DNA of 64,000 nt from Selaginella moellendorffii (lineage: Eukaryota > Plantae > Lycopodiophyta), in NCBI RefSeq assembly GCF_000143415.4, contig NW_003314306.1, forward strand, positions 402,526 to 466,525, written 5' to 3'. The notes beneath the pieces are model-generated. The model did not search any database. It was not told the origin of the DNA and was given only the letters and a program-made list of their open reading frames with translations. The translations under genes were made by a program, and so were the position numbers. Position 1 is the first letter of the stretch, and each line of letters starts with the position of its first letter. This document shows, piece by piece, positions 36,196 to 50,035 of the stretch.

Positions 36196-37494
36196 TTGAA
36201 TGATATCTGTGGCAATGGTTTTAGGCCAAGTGGGGAATTGGATCTGGATCTTCTGGATGGATCGAGGGATACGGTTTTTGATGCTTATGTTTGTTCCTGT
36301 CCAACTGAGAGGGGAGAACACAGTAAAATTAATTATGACCAGGGAATGAAATAGGACTGGGAACATTATCTACGTCATGTTCGCTACTGTCAAGACACTT
36401 TGATATGATATCGATTCTAGACACCATATATTGGCACACTTTCTAGTGTTTGGAATATGGGACTTGGAATTTGTTGAGCACTTGGTCCTCAGGCACTTTT
36501 AAATAACAAGAGTTAATCATTATTAACAAATGCATTACTTTAAACTATCCAATTTAATGCTAAAAAATAGAATAAAATATCTTAATACTTTTATTCATAT
36601 TATACTCTGGTATTTTTTTATTTTCTCAGAATATTCAAATATATTCTTCTCGTAAACGTCCTTAATCATGTTTAAATTTTTAGTGCAAAGTAAATCAAAT
36701 TGCTAAGTATCAATTCGGCTCCTCAAAAGAGATGGCGAGGTGCAACAATTATTCAATTTGATAGGTGTTATTTTCTTATATTAAACTACTATAAAATTAA
36801 AGTGGTATAATAAAATGATAAAAAAAAGTAACTAAAATAACTCCAACACCACCTCATGAAGGTGTAAGTAATATAATACAAATATATTCGAGCATTTTTG
36901 TAAAATGTACTTTAATCCGGTAGTCATGGTTTTCTGCTGTTAAACTTTTCTCTAATTCATTTTTAATCAATTTGAATGATAATATTATTACATTACTAAC
37001 ACCGCTATACAAATTTCTAATAAAAAGGTATGTCTATAACCGAGCAAAATGTATATGAGCATCTTGGCAATCTCGTTGTCGCGATGGACAACCTCACAGT
37101 CTGGAATTCGCTGATGAAACATTTTCTTATTCAGTTTGTAGAATTAAAGAGAGGATTTCCGTAGGCCTGAGGCATTTTGCCGAAATGCAGCAGTAGGAAT
37201 CTCTCAAGCTTGGGATTTCTATTCTCGCCGTGTTTTGTAGAATTCCCAAGCTTGCATCTTCGAGCGTCTTTTTCTAATTTCCTTTTTTTCTTCTACTGAA
37301 AGAATAAAAACAAGGACGCTGAGTGCTTGTTAAGTTTTGGCCAGTGGCCGCCTTCTCCAAAGTACTGCGCCAGGTCTCTGTGTTTGCTTTCAAGGCTAGA
37401 GCTTTATTTTTTCTTTTCATTTACCTTCATCGTTACAGAAGTTCAAGAGGTTGTTGCTGTGAAGCTTTTACATTTCTTTGTGACAAGGCTCACT

Positions 37495-38180
37495 ATGGAG
37501 GACAAAACTTCGGAATCAGCGCAAGAACTATCCTTTGTCGAGGCATCTGTCGCTGCAGCAAAATCTTGGGATGTTTAAAGTGATGGAAGTGTTGAAAATG
37601 CTTTTGATCTGGGTAAGTTATCGCTGGTGTTCAATCACTTCTAATTTTTGTTTTCTTTTACTTCTCACAGTCGTGTTTGTATATTCGTGTGTGTTTGTAG
37701 GAGGCCAGTCGGAGGTGTAGAGAAGGGAAGGTGTTAAGTAGAAGTTACAAGACGGGCTCTTAGATTCGTGTATGGATTTGGGACAGGACAAAGGTGGCAA
37801 GCAAAGACGAAAAGCCCAACAGGACGTCCCTCCAGTGCCGAAGAAGCCCCAAGCCGAGGCGCTTTGGTTCGTGCACTGTTGATTAGGAATATTACTGGAT
37901 AACCTGAATTTGAAGTCTTCTAACTTTATTGTATGCAAGTGAGCATGAAAAGTTTGGTCAAACACCGTCATGGAGCCCAGAGTCATTTAGGAGCATGACA
38001 AAGCCAAAAGGCTCATCCTGGCCATGGAGGTCGTATCAACAATTCTAGATGGAAGCGCAAACTATAATTCCAGGAAGATTCTTTCCAAACATCTTCACCT
38101 TCCATCATATATTGCCATGAAGTCCTGGATGTTGGAGAGTGAGGGACACAGAATAAAAAAGTTATGGTTCTCTTCACTCT
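37495..38180 (+). pseudogene. Possible decayed spliced gene of unknown function
   Basis: Canonical-looking introns (37374-37438, 37613-37700) join frames consistently: MEDKTSESAQ...DV*SDGSVENAFDLG|GQSEV*RREGVK*KLQDG. The frame carries TAA/TAG stops and no recognisable domain. Confidence 0.3.
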
Positions 38181-38219
38181 AGCTTTACTGAGGAAAATTT
38201 ATATCACAAAGTCCTACTG

Positions 38220-38930
38220 GGGAAAGAGAAAGGCTTTGGTGAAAGAAGCCAAAGTGGTGGTGATGGAGAGCAACAATAGTGCTGGTTGAACTTCTGGCAA
38301 CAATTGGCAAGAACTGGCATTGGAGTGAAGAGGCTCTAGTCCTTCTGTGCTCACTCATCTTGGTGTTGTTGGAGTTTTCACTCCACATTTTTGGTGCACT
38401 GTCTAGGAACAAAGAGTAGCATGGAAGGTGAGAAGAGTGAGTGCTAGACAGGCCAGGTTACCTTCAGAAGTCGAAGGCCAGCTTGTTCCTATGCAAGAAA
38501 AATGTTGGATAGTGGGGATTCTGTAAAAGAAATCAGGCTATTAAACTAGCAAGTAAGAAGAAAAAAGGGATGAAGAGAAAAAATCCAAAAATTAACCAAA
38601 ATGTAGTGGTTTATGAGGTTCTAGAGTGAGAGGAGAGTTAGACAGAGCACAATCATTAAGGAAATCTTTGGATTTTTCTTTGTTTTAAATTAACCATGAT
38701 TAATTAGTGAAGATTATGAATAATCTGTGTGAAGGAGAAGAGAAAGGCTTTGAAAGAAGTAAAATTGGCAGTGTTAAAAAGAAACATTAATGCTAGTGCT
38801 GTTGGCAAGCCTGAAGAAAATGAACCTCCTAATAGCTATGGCAAGGATTAGCACAAGGGCAAGAGGGCTCTAGTTCTTAAATAGTATGTCTTCTATGCTT
38901 CCTTGGTGGTGTTGGAGTTTTCACTCTCAT
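38220..38930. repeat. Diverged ~170-190 bp direct repeat pair (38220-38390 and 38735-38930)
   Basis: Both copies share AGAGAAAGGCTTTG..GAAAGAAG, GGCTCTAGT and TGTTGGAGTTTTCACTC in the same order. Confidence 0.7.
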
Positions 38931-41736
38931 AAAAATCATCTACTTTTTGAAAAAAAATTAAGATTTTAAGACAAATGAGTATTAAAAATATTTAAATTAA
39001 AATCTGAATTTTGCTTTTTTTGATGCAAGGTTATGAAATAGTGTTTGGACAAGGAAAGTTCAATATGAACTAAACTAAAACTTCAGGATAATTGAGAATA
39101 AATTAAATTTTTTATAGGATTTTTATATAATCATTTGGCAACAATAATGCTTGGTTTACTTTTGGTTTAGGTTTTTATATTTTTCTAGACAAATAAAAGT
39201 GTTTTACTATACATGTTTTAATTGCAATTTATAATTTTTGTTCTCAATAATTGTTCTATTTCTTGCTGTTTCTTTTTTTTTTATCCTTCTTTTTCTTAAA
39301 GTTCTTATTAGTCTTTTATGAGGTTTTCTATTATATTTGATATTTGTTATTCTTCTCTAACACAATGTATGGATCTTCTGATTTATATAAGAATGCAATA
39401 TACAATTTATATAATGTGAAACTTTCATGCTAGGCCAGCTAAGCTTCAAGGTAGCTGCACTGCCAGTTCCTTAGTGAACTGCCACTGCCGATGATTTACA
39501 AGAAGTTGTTACATGTCAGAGCACTGAATCATGGATGAGCAAAGGGTGCCATGGAGTTAAACGGGGACTTGTTGTTCGTGGAAAAGGAGCTGGGTTTGGG
39601 AGGCCAAGCACCAAATCAAGCGCAAGAGTGACGGTCTTTTGTTCACTTGCAAGGCGCCCTGAGTCCTGAGGGAGGCCCTCGACTTTGAGCTTCCGGAAGG
39701 AGGTGGAAGAGGAAGCAGAGTACTCACAAAACTCTCCAAAAGCAGGGTGTGGTTCAACTTGTGGATTTTTCAAGGACAAGGATTAGTATTACGGAGCTGT
39801 GCCAGTGCTTCCTACAAGACGTTTAGTGAGAAGAAGAGGCTGAGTGAGCATGAGCCAGCCATGGTGATCAAGAAGGTGGCCAGTTGCACGACATAGGCAT
39901 AGCTCAGAGAGAAGACTGCCAACATCTTCCTAGGGCTTTTGTTTGACAGGCACCAGAAGAAATCTTTGCCGCCTTTATCCGGATAAAATAAGTCTTCTGG
40001 GAAACGACAATAAAAAGCTGGCTTAATCAATTTAAAGTGGACACAAACCCAAAAGAATGTGCATTTCTTGGCCAGGGGCGGTTGCCCCATCTCCTGCTCC
40101 CTCTAGAAGAATTCGTATGAAACCTCTCTACTTCCTAACTTTTTTAGGAGAAGGCCACGCACACCCAGGGAGAATGCTCGAAGAAGCCATTTCGTGGCCA
40201 TGCTGAGCACCATGGGAGGCCGAACCAGAAGAGGGAAGAAATCTTTGCCACCTTTGTCCTGATTCTTTATGTATGTTTAGTATAATATTTTTTGCTTTTT
40301 AGTTATTATTTATCTTTATGTTCTGATATAGTTTGTTAATGTTTGCCAAAGCACTATTCTATAACTTAAACACCTTTAAATTAGACATGCTTTATATTTT
40401 GTGCCCTTTTACTAATTCCTATAAACAAAGGGTATTGGTAATGGACAATTAACATTAAACACTGATATTTAAAAACATTCTAGATAATGCCTGAATATTT
40501 CACAAGGAATAGTATTCCCTTATGTATCTCGTGCTTGTCAAAGTTTGCCAAAGCATATAAAAATTAGTGAATTAACTTGAAATTCATAATTCTAAACATT
40601 TTTAAAATTTAGACAGGTTCTTGTTTGTTTGCTGGGAGGGAATGCTTTTAAGTGATAGCATATGTTTTTTTTCTAATCGTTGTTTTAATTTGACTTATTA
40701 ACATTATTCTTTTGATTTAATTATATTGTTAGAGACAGGCAATAAAGACAATGAGAACATGCAGGCTTTGGTTTATCAAATCTGTGGCATTACATGCAGT
40801 GCCTGGCATTCAGGGCACACCCCAACTGTCCATCATCAGTTGACCGGAGATTTTCAAATTTTTTTGAGAACCAATGTGCCCTCTTATGAGGAGTGTGTGT
40901 GTGCACGAAAATTCATACACCTGTACCCTCAGCGTGTACAGGTACACATACCACTTTCTGTCGTATTGTACCACTACCGCGTACAGAATACCGCAGCAAA
41001 CATGATTTCACCGCGCCGTACATATTCTCAGATACACCCCCGTACGGCCGCTGGAATTGTGCCCATGCCGACACGATCAATCACTGCCTTCCGTGGCAAC
41101 TCAGGCTTTCGCGAGAGCTGTCCAAAGGAATAAACAAGAAGAAAAACTTCACTCACTCGTGTTCTTCCTGTAACATATACATTTTGTTCATCCTTCGAAA
41201 TCCATATACTTACAGTTCTCTCATCTTTCGCGTGCTCGCTTCCTCTCGATAGCGATGCCTCCAATCAATCCATTCCTTCTCCTTCCTCTTTGTGTTTTGT
41301 TGTGAAACCCATCGTCTTCTCTTGGCATTGTTTTGGCTTTCATTTTCCTGCTCTCCCTCCCAGCCCTTGGTTTCGATCAATCGTCGCGAGGAGCTCAAAG
41401 TCTTTGATTATCTCCATCAACTTTGCTGCGCCTCGAGGAGACATGGTCACTATCTTGTGCTGAAATCCTGTCCCTCACGAGGCACTATTTAGTTTAAGTG
41501 CCGTTCTCCTTTTCGCTTAAGAACCCTATCCTTTTTCTTTTTTCTTCTGCGTAAGTCCCAGTTTGTGCTAATCTCTCCGTCTCTGTTGATCGATCACAAT
41601 CTCTCCACGGTCAAATCGCTCTCTCAAATCGCGGTATTGGGTCTCCAGTCCGCGGCACTGCGAAGATCCCAGCTACTTGGAGCAAGAAATTTACTTCTCG
41701 AAAGAGAGAAAAGGAGGAAAGGAAAGGGAAAAAAAT

Positions 41737-42080
41737 ATGGAAATTCGTGCTTTGGCGTGGCAAAGGATCGCAATCCCAAATCCAGCGGCCATCGAATTCA
41801 CCGCAGCAGGTCCTCGTCGTCAATCGATTCGTGTTCTTCTTCCTCGTCGGGGGATAGGATCAAAAGGCACAACCTCGTGAGGGATGGATTGGAGCTTCTT
41901 CCCGAGTCCAAGGATGGGGTCCCCCGATTCAAGCTCGTTATCTCCAAGGAGCAAGTCGATGAAATCGTCTCCGGCGCGTATCATCCATCCAAGATCGATT
42001 ACTTGGACCATTTGGTGACGACGATGCTCCGGGAAGAACTCAAGAAGCTTGGAGCAGCGGCAACAGCAACAGCACGATGA
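41737..42080 (+). CDS. Small plant protein whose start appears frameshifted by 1 bp (expected MGNSCFG...)
   Basis: The open frame reads (Y)GNSCFGVAK...PRFKLVISKEQVDEIVSG...REELKKL. The ATG at 41737 overlaps the G of the GGA codon; adding one G gives ATG GGA AAT TCG TGC. Confidence 0.5.
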
Positions 42081-43499
42081 AAAGGAGATAGAGAGTTTTT
42101 TCATGATGGTCAGAGTGTCAGCTAGCTCTAGCCAGCCAGTCGGAAGAACACACTTTTTTGGTTTTTCTGGATACCTTGTAGTTCTTTTTTTTCCACCCCA
42201 TCCAATCAATTGCGATGTCCATAATCATGACAAGAAAATCTGTATACTGTGTCTCTCTGACTCTGTTCTTATTGCTTGACTCTTGAGCCCATTGCTTTCC
42301 AAAAAGGAGCCGGCCAATGCAAAGTAAATAAATCCCCACTTCACTCGGGGTGACTTTGAGTGCACAGAATGGAGACAAGGTAGAGATTCATGTAGCATGG
42401 TAAAAAACTGCCACAGATTTGAATAGTTAAACAAGCTCTTACAGCTGCTTTACTTGGATAGTGAAGGCACTGGTGTCACAGTGGTGTGAAAAAAGGAATT
42501 AGCCAAGGTGACTAGAAAAATGTCAATCTATCTATTTATCCTTTTTACAGGAAAAAAAGAATTCAATGTTAGACATTAGGTTAAAAGTTAGCTTGTACTT
42601 AGAAATAAAATTATAATCCTAAAATTTAATATATCATCAAAACTATTATATTACCCTTTCTTTCACAAGTTATGTCTATAATTTTATTTTTATTTTTAAT
42701 TTTTATCCTTTTGAGAATTTATGTAAATGAATTCATCCATTATGAAAAATATAAAAAACACTAAAACTAAAGAAGAATATGTGTGACAAGATAGGATTCA
42801 AACTAAAAGATGTTGAGACAATCAAAATTATCATTATTAAAATATTATATTGGCAATAAATAACCAATATAGAGGCAAAAAAAAAATAAAAAAATTAAAT
42901 TATATTTTAGTCAACTTAGAAATAACATAAAGTTATTTTCTGAAATTAACACTAATAAATATTTATATTTTTATTGTATATATTTTTTATTCAAGTTTGT
43001 TCATTTATTTTTAATTTATTTATATATAGAGAGAGATTCTAACAGTATAATTAATTTAAAAATTATTAATCTAACCATTGATAAAATTTAATATAAGAAA
43101 AGTTTATTTTCTATATAGCTTAATTAGGAGTGTATGCTGTATACTAATATTAGCATAATGATTAGTTTCAATCTGGACCACTCACTACTGTATATAAACT
43201 AAGGCTTTTGGGATAATTAATATGCACATTTCTATATTCAATTTCTATATTCTATGCAATCACATTAGCGGAGATGAGGAGTAACTTTGATTGTCACTGA
43301 GAAATGTTCAAATTTGGGATTTTAATTTAGATTTAGCTTTCGCATTGTCTAAATCTCCCTTTCCTTATAATTTTTTAAATTTTTTATCTATTACTTTGTC
43401 CTTTTTTTATTCATCTTCATAGTAGAGCAACAACCTCCTCTTTCTTTGACTTTGGAGCAGTAGTTGATGCAATTCCTTGATACTATGTGGTTATAATTG

Positions 43500-44720
43500 A
43501 ACAATCAAACTCAATAAATGATAACATTCACGATACATGGTACATCTCCTCCTTCTCTTAATACTAATCCTCACGTTTAATAGGAGTTCTTCCATGGGAG
43601 TCCTAGGGATGATATGTACTATTGGTTCGATCACTTTACGATGTTACATATCATTTTTGGGATGATACTTGGCATTTGTATGAGTTTCCCATGTGTCTCC
43701 AAGGGACAACACTTCAATAGTGTAATAGTTTAAATGTAGCCACTCGTGAGGATTAAAACATTATCCTAGATGTCTTTAAATGTGCATTGGGATATGCTAA
43801 CAATTATAATAATGCCTTCCAACAATTGTATCATTTTTGTCAAGGGCCATATGAGTCAGTGATGTAATTTGGCATTTGTTTCCAAAGCCTTTTACTTCAT
43901 GTGGAGTTAAATATGTAGAAACGAATCAAGTTAGGGATGTTGTGGTTAACACTTCATCAGGATCCTGTAGAACTTGTGCATACACTTGCTCCAACTACTC
44001 TTGACGATGCTCTTTGTATAATAAAACATTATGAAATATTACCTTTTTCACTTTTCATTGCACGTCCTTCATCTCCACTTCTTGTAAAAGATAGTTTTAC
44101 TCCAATGAAAGTTGATATTATTGCTACTTGAGTTGAAAGACAAGAGTGAAGATGTGGTCATGGGTGTGATGTTTGTTGTCAGGCGTATGATGAAGTTGAT
44201 CACACTTATTAACATTGTTAGCATTTCCGGATTGGCAATCTCTATTTCCTGGGTGGAAACCTTGGCTCCAATAATGTCCTATTAGTGCTACTGCAATGGA
44301 AAGTTTAAACATTGTGATACTTTTGGGAAATGAAGAATCACGTGAGTAGTAAAAGGTTTTTGTATGAATAAGTTGGTGACCCTTTCATCTTTCTTTCAGG
44401 AGTATTATTAAGGGTTCATTTAGCACTAATTCATCAAGTGTTTACTTTCTAAGCTTGTTCTTATAATAAGATGTTTCATATTATTCTTGTTATGTTGGTA
44501 GATGTAGATTTGAGTTTATCTTTTATTATTTGGCCTATTTCCACACATTGCTGTCTACATTTGTGTCATGCAATAGAACTAATTTTCATTTTTTATGGCA
44601 ATGGCTATACACATGCATGTGTGTGGGATGAGATGGGTCTAATTGTGCATGTTGGCGATCTTGAGCTTAAGTTACAGTTATTACGGGTGGTGTTAAGTCT
44701 CATCCTTGGTATGTAAGTTA
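43500..44720 (+). mobile_element. Highly degenerate Ty3/gypsy gag(-protease) remnant
   Basis: Gag-like peptides FHGSPRDDMYYWFDHF, APTTLDDAL and TPMKVD (cf. PMDVD), with many stops, in AT-rich context. Confidence 0.55.
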
Positions 44721-45462
44721 AATTATTTAAGTTTTATATAAGAAAGATATTATATTTTTAATATCAAAAACTAAATAGTGAACCTGATAGTAAATATATT
44801 TACATTAGTTTTTAGGATTTTCTAATGTTTAATTAAATTAAATTTTTTAGAAATTATTTATTTACAATTATTTGCTAGATATGTAACCTAAATCTACTTT
44901 ATTTATTTTATTAGAAATATTTCTATCCAAGTTTCCAATCTAGGGTAAAACTTGCTTTGTGTGGTTTTCTCACCTAAAACATTTATGAAATCTTTGACTG
45001 TGTTAGAGCTCTGGCAGCATAAGTTAATGCAACCATTAGTTAGAGTTTGTGTGAGAGTTTCTAGAGAGCAACAATCCATTCTTAACTTTGTGTAGTATAT
45101 GTGCCAGCGGCCAAAGTCTAGGCAATCACAGTCCAGAGTGTCACATTGTACAAATTCCCAGTGGCACTGAAGATGATGAAACTGCTCAAAGCTGCATAAG
45201 ATTTCCACAAGGGATAAATAGATCTGCATTGATAGAGCCTTTGAAGGTACCACTTCTCCAAAGGTTTGTCACATGGCATGTAATTTCCAAGATGCCACCT
45301 TTCCAAAGGTTTAGCCTCAGAGTCAAGTCTTGTTGCTTCTTGCCACCTGATTTAATTTGTTTGTGAAGAGGACCACTCAACGTAAGGCCGTCTTTCTGGG
45401 ATGCCGTGGAAGGCTGAGATAGAGATTGTGTCTGGATTGAAAATATAATTTAAAATAACGAC

Positions 45463-45492
45463 GGTTTAGGGTTTAGTGGGGTTTAGGGTTTG
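45463..45492. promoter_or_regulatory. Two telo-boxes (TAGGGTTT) just upstream of the EngA ATG
   Basis: GGTTTAGGGTTTAGTGGGGTTTAGGGTTTGG. Telo-boxes are typical of plant translation and ribosome-biogenesis gene promoters. Confidence 0.65.
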
Positions 45493-45494
45493 GA

Positions 45495-47842
45495 ATGAGG
45501 AGAGCGATCAAACGGCGGTTAGAATGGATGGCGCACCGGGTGAGTCCTTCTTCCTCGTTCTTCCTTCAAGCGCTAAATCTTCCCACTTGGCTCTGCTAAG
45601 GCCCTTCTAGACAACCGTGTCAAGCTCCAAACCCAAGCCATTCACGGCGTTTACATCCGTCCAAGACCATCCCCAGCAGCTGGAAAGGTCGTTCTTCACG
45701 GCCAGCTTGGCCGCATTTCCTCGCTCCAGGGCAGTCCCGGCACTTAATCCTAAGTTCAAGAGTGTGGATGTTTCGAGCGGGAAGGAAGAATCCATGCCCG
45801 AGAAAAGAGAAGAGAGCGACGAAGATGGAGCGCCCTCCTTAACTTCTGGAGGACAGGATGAAGAAAAACTGGTCGACGATGAAGTTCCTCTGGCAAAGTC
45901 TGAGGAGGAAGAGATTCTCGAGGAAGGGATCTCGTTTGAGAAGATCGAGGAAGAGGCAAAGCGTGCTGTGGAGCCTATGCCGAGTGTGATCATCCTTGGA
46001 AGGCCAAATGTTGGTAAATCTTCGCTATACAACAGGTGAGATGCTTCATTTTTCTCTTGGTTTTGGATCCGTCGGAGGTTCTCAAAACTTTTCCTTGGCA
46101 GGCTTGTACACAGGAAAGAAGCCATTGTGTATGATACTCCGGACAGCCATGTAACACGCGACATTCGCGAAGGCTCCGCAAAGCTCTCGGACTTGCGTTT
46201 CAAAGTTTTCGACTCGGCCGGGCTGGAAACCTCCGAAGAAGGCGCGACTGTTCTTGCGAGGACAACGGGATTAACAGCAACGTTTCTTCGAACTTGCCAT
46301 GCCGCTCTCTTTCTGATCGATGGGAGGTGAAACTTTCCCTTTTCTTTCTCGCAGCAAAGCTTTAATATTTTTTCTGTTCTTTCTTTCAGGGCCGGTGTGA
46401 GCCCTCTGGACAAAGAGGCTGTCATGTGGTTTCGCAAACTCAACTTGAATCTCCCGGTTGTTTTGGTGGTGAACAAAGCTGAGAAAATCACAGGCGATCA
46501 CCAGATAATGGCAAACATCGCGGAAAGCTATAGCCTCGGGCTTGGGGATCCTGTCCCGGTTTCAGCAGAAACTGGAGAAGGTTTGGCTGATTTGTTCCAA
46601 CGTCTCCAGCCGATTTTGGATGCCGCAAAAGAAAAGCTCGTCGAGGAAGAAGAAGGTGAGACGTTTCTTCTTCTCCTTGTTTTTCTAACTTGTGTTTATC
46701 GTTTGTGACAGAGGAAGAGAAGAGCTTAGGAGGCCAAAAGCCTCTGCGTCTTGCCATCGCTGGTCGAACAAACGTTGGGAAATCCACAGTGATAAACTCA
46801 CTACTACGAAAAGAGCGAGTTCTCACGGGACCAGAGCCGGGGCTTACGAGAGACGCCATCACGATTGACTTTGAGTTTAACAAGAAGCCAGTGCGTCTGG
46901 TAATCTAGCATCTTTCGTTTGTATAGAAATCCGTAACGTTCTTCTCTTCTCCAGGTTGATACTGCTGGATGGATTCAACGCTCCCAGCTGGAAGAAGGTC
47001 CCATGGCTCTCAGTGCTATGCTCGCTCGAAGAAGCTTAATGACTGCTCATGTGGTGGCAATAGTACTCGACGCGCAAGAGGTTTTTCCTTTGTTTCTTTT
47101 CTCTGTGTGTGTGTGTGTGTCTTTTTTTTTACCTTCTCACTGTTCTGTAACTTTGGATTGTAGATCGCACATTCAAAGATGACACTTCGAAACTCCGAGG
47201 CAGCACTGGCACGATGGGTGACCGACGAAGGCCGCGCACTTATCATCGTCGTGAACAAGATGGACGTTCTCAAAGGTCAAAAGAATGCCGACCTGAGGAA
47301 GAAACTCATGGAGGCAGTTCCCAAAGAAATCCAGCTTACGCTTCCTCAGGTACTGGAGTGCTTCCTTAGGCTGCAATCTTTTTATCACGAGCATTCAACA
47401 GGTGCTTGGAGTTCCTATCATCTTTGTCTCAGCTCTCAAGGGGCGTGGAAGATCGACGATCATGAAGCTCGCGTTCGAGGCTTATGACAAGTGGTGTACG
47501 AGGGTGTCGACTCCGAGACTGAATCGTTGGCTTCACAAGGTTGGTTTTTCTTTTTTCTTTCCTTTTGTTTGGCTTTGTTGGTGTGATCATGATTTGTTTC
47601 ATCGCGATGTGTAGGTGCTTGCTCGACATCCCAAGAGAAAAGACGAGAAGAGAGCAAAGCCGAGGTACATAACGCAGGTGAAGGCCCGACCTCCAACTTT
47701 TGTATTGTTCGTGGCGGGATTTTACAGCCTCGAAGATCACGAGCTTCGATTCATTTCCAACGCCATTCGCGAGGACTTTAACATGGGAGGAATCCCAGTT
47801 CGCGTTATCCAGCGAACCAAGAAAGAACTAGAGGGTGTTTAA
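45495..47842 (+). CDS. der: EngA/Der double GTPase (organellar ribosome biogenesis), multi-exon
   Basis: Two G-domains (GRPNVGKSS...DSAG...NKAE and GRTNVGKST...DTAG...NKMD) and a KH-like C-terminus (YITQVKARPPTFVLF). Exon 1 is 45495-45539, with about 9 exons in all. Confidence 0.95.
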
Positions 47843-48117
47843 CTCTGTATTATTCGAATAAAGTAGAAATTTAACTTAAGCACCCACCTTTAAATTAGAA
47901 CTTTTAAATTATATGATTTTAACCTAATTTAAATTTTTTTATGCTATTCGAACTTTAACTAATGATAAGTTACCTTTAGTATAAAGAGGTCCCAAGACAG
48001 AAATTTCACTAGCTCAACGTTGGAAATGCTTTATCATGAGATCCCCTACTTAGTGATTCGATTATAGTTAAAAACTCTACATTTGTTAGAGAAATTACGC
48101 ACAAGATTACAAGTAGA

Positions 48118-49218
48118 TCACGAGGCATGCACAAACGCTGTTGCTGCCACTCCTATGGAGCTCGCGCTCTTGCTTTGTTGAGCCACTGTGAACCAGAAAA
48201 TCACGGCGGCCCGCGAGTATAACACGCGCACCTGTTGCAAGACGAGGCTCCCCACCGTTTTCACAGCGCAAGTCCCTCCCACTATCCGCGTCTCGATCAC
48301 GGACAAGCCATCGCTCTTGCCTGGGAGATGATGCGCTGCTAGGCCACCCGCAGTTGTGACGATCGGACACGAGAGGTACTCGAGAGGATGCTCCTCACAC
48401 TCGAGGGCGCAGCGATCCACCGTCAGGCTGCCACGCCTGTGTAGCAAGCAGCTCCCCAGCTCCGCTTTGATGGTCAGGTTGGCGATCTTGCCGTTTGCCG
48501 AGAAGACCAACGCGCTGCAAAGTGAGTGCTCGAGTTCGTTAGAAACAGGAAATCGAACTTCTCGCTCGCAAAGGAGAAGAAGGAAATTAAAAAAAAACGA
48601 CCTTTCGGAACCACTGGGGGAGATTAGCACCGTTTCCTCTGGAGAAGAGCCTCCACCCATCTAAGAATCCAAATGCCAACAACAAAACGGGGTGCTCATA
48701 CGTTGGAGAAAGAAGAAACTTGCAAAAATACCGACCAAGCACAGCGGCTTGTCAATGGCAACGTTTGCAACTGCGTGGACTTCTCCAGGCTCGATAAATA
48801 TCGTGTCTCCGGGCCTGATGAGAAAGAGAGAAGAATCCATTAGAATCGCGAAAAGTATGAACTAGAAAACTCCCAGACCTGGCCGCATTGACAGCGTCTT
48901 GCAAAGTTGCAAACTCGCCCGACTGAATAAAAGAATTGTAACTAGAGTTAGCAGTGGCCGATTGAACCCTCAGCCACATCCGGGAGTCGGCGATCAATTT
49001 GTGCCACCGGGAGCACACGCTCGCGGCATTGAAGCGATCTACACGAGCAGGAGCTTGGCATTGACGAAATCCCGGCGTGGGAAAACAAAATCTTCACCTG
49101 GAAATGGCGCCAGGAATCCCAGAACTCGCACCAGGCAGCCGTCGTCAAGGAGATTGATCGATGGCCGCCGCGATTCCTGCCCTCGCCCTCGCCTGGCGCT
49201 CCTCGAGCAGGGCAGCAT
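48118..49218 (-). CDS. SKIP5: F-box protein SKIP5-like
   Basis: F-box INLLDDGCLVRVLGFL..DRFNAASVCSRW, then PGDTIFI, IDKPLCL, KIANLTIKAELGSCLLHRRGSL and LQQVRVLYSRAAVIFWF. Three short introns. Confidence 0.88.
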
Positions 49219-49717
49219 CGCCAAAATCACCAAACCCTAAAGGATGTGACTCGTCGCCGGAATCGATCCCCCTCCACCCGGTAAAATATTTGAAATAAAA
49301 AGTCTCGCGCGTACAAGACACGTGGCGGAACGCTAGTGGTGCTCAAGCGATCGCTCGCCGGCCATGCGGCTTGCCGCGTGCGTTACAAGGGTTAACCACG
49401 GGCAATGATCCACGCACAGTGATAGCTTTGTTAGCACAAGAGTCGCGCGCTAGGGTTTTGTGTGACGATGATCGCGACGGCGCTGGGGTCGTGAGGAGGA
49501 TCGCGGCGCGGCTGGAGCGCAGATCTGCCCGGCTCCATGCGAAATTCGATCCATCGTCACTCCCTCGGATTTCTTCGGCGGCCGGAAGGTAATGGCTCCG
49601 ATCCTTGGCTGGATTGTGGATTGGATCATCGATAACAGGGGGATTTCGGTGATTATCGCACAGATCTGCGAGGAGCGGTGATCAGAGAGAGGAATCTGTG
49701 AGGGATTTCCATCAGCT

Positions 49718-50035
49718 ATGAACGGGGAGCTTGCGAACGATCGTGGTATGCACTACTACCACGACGATTCTTACAGGAATTCCTCGGCGTCTCACTCGGC
49801 GCCCTCGTACTCGAGCGGCTACAACAATCCGGAGGCTGGGTACCAGATCAAGGAGCACAAGAAGAGCTCCAGCAGCCGATCGTGGGATTTCCGCAACGAT
49901 CCGGAGATGAAGAGGAAGAAGAGGGTCGCGTCTTACAAGGTTTTCACGGTGGAAGGCAAGGTGAAATCGTCTGTGAGGAATAGCTTCCGGTGGATCAAGA
50001 ACAAGTACTTGGAGATGCGCTATGGATGGTTCTAA
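49718..50035 (+). CDS. DUF3511 family protein (105 aa)
   Basis: Signature DPEMKRKKRVASYKVFTVEGKVKSSVRNSFRWIKNKY. Confidence 0.92.
   Translation: MNGELANDRGMHYYHDDSYRNSSASHSAPSYSSGYNNPEAGYQIKEHKKSSSSRSWDFRNDPEMKRKKRVASYKVFTVEGKVKSSVRNSFRWIKNKYLEMRYGWF

Noticed and set aside
39420-40260. GC-richer block with a repeated GAAGAAATCTTTGCC motif
   Set aside because: No frame stays open and no motif is recognised; insufficient evidence for a call.
45463-45492. Interstitial telomere
   Set aside because: Only two to three units next to an ATG; better explained as telo-boxes.
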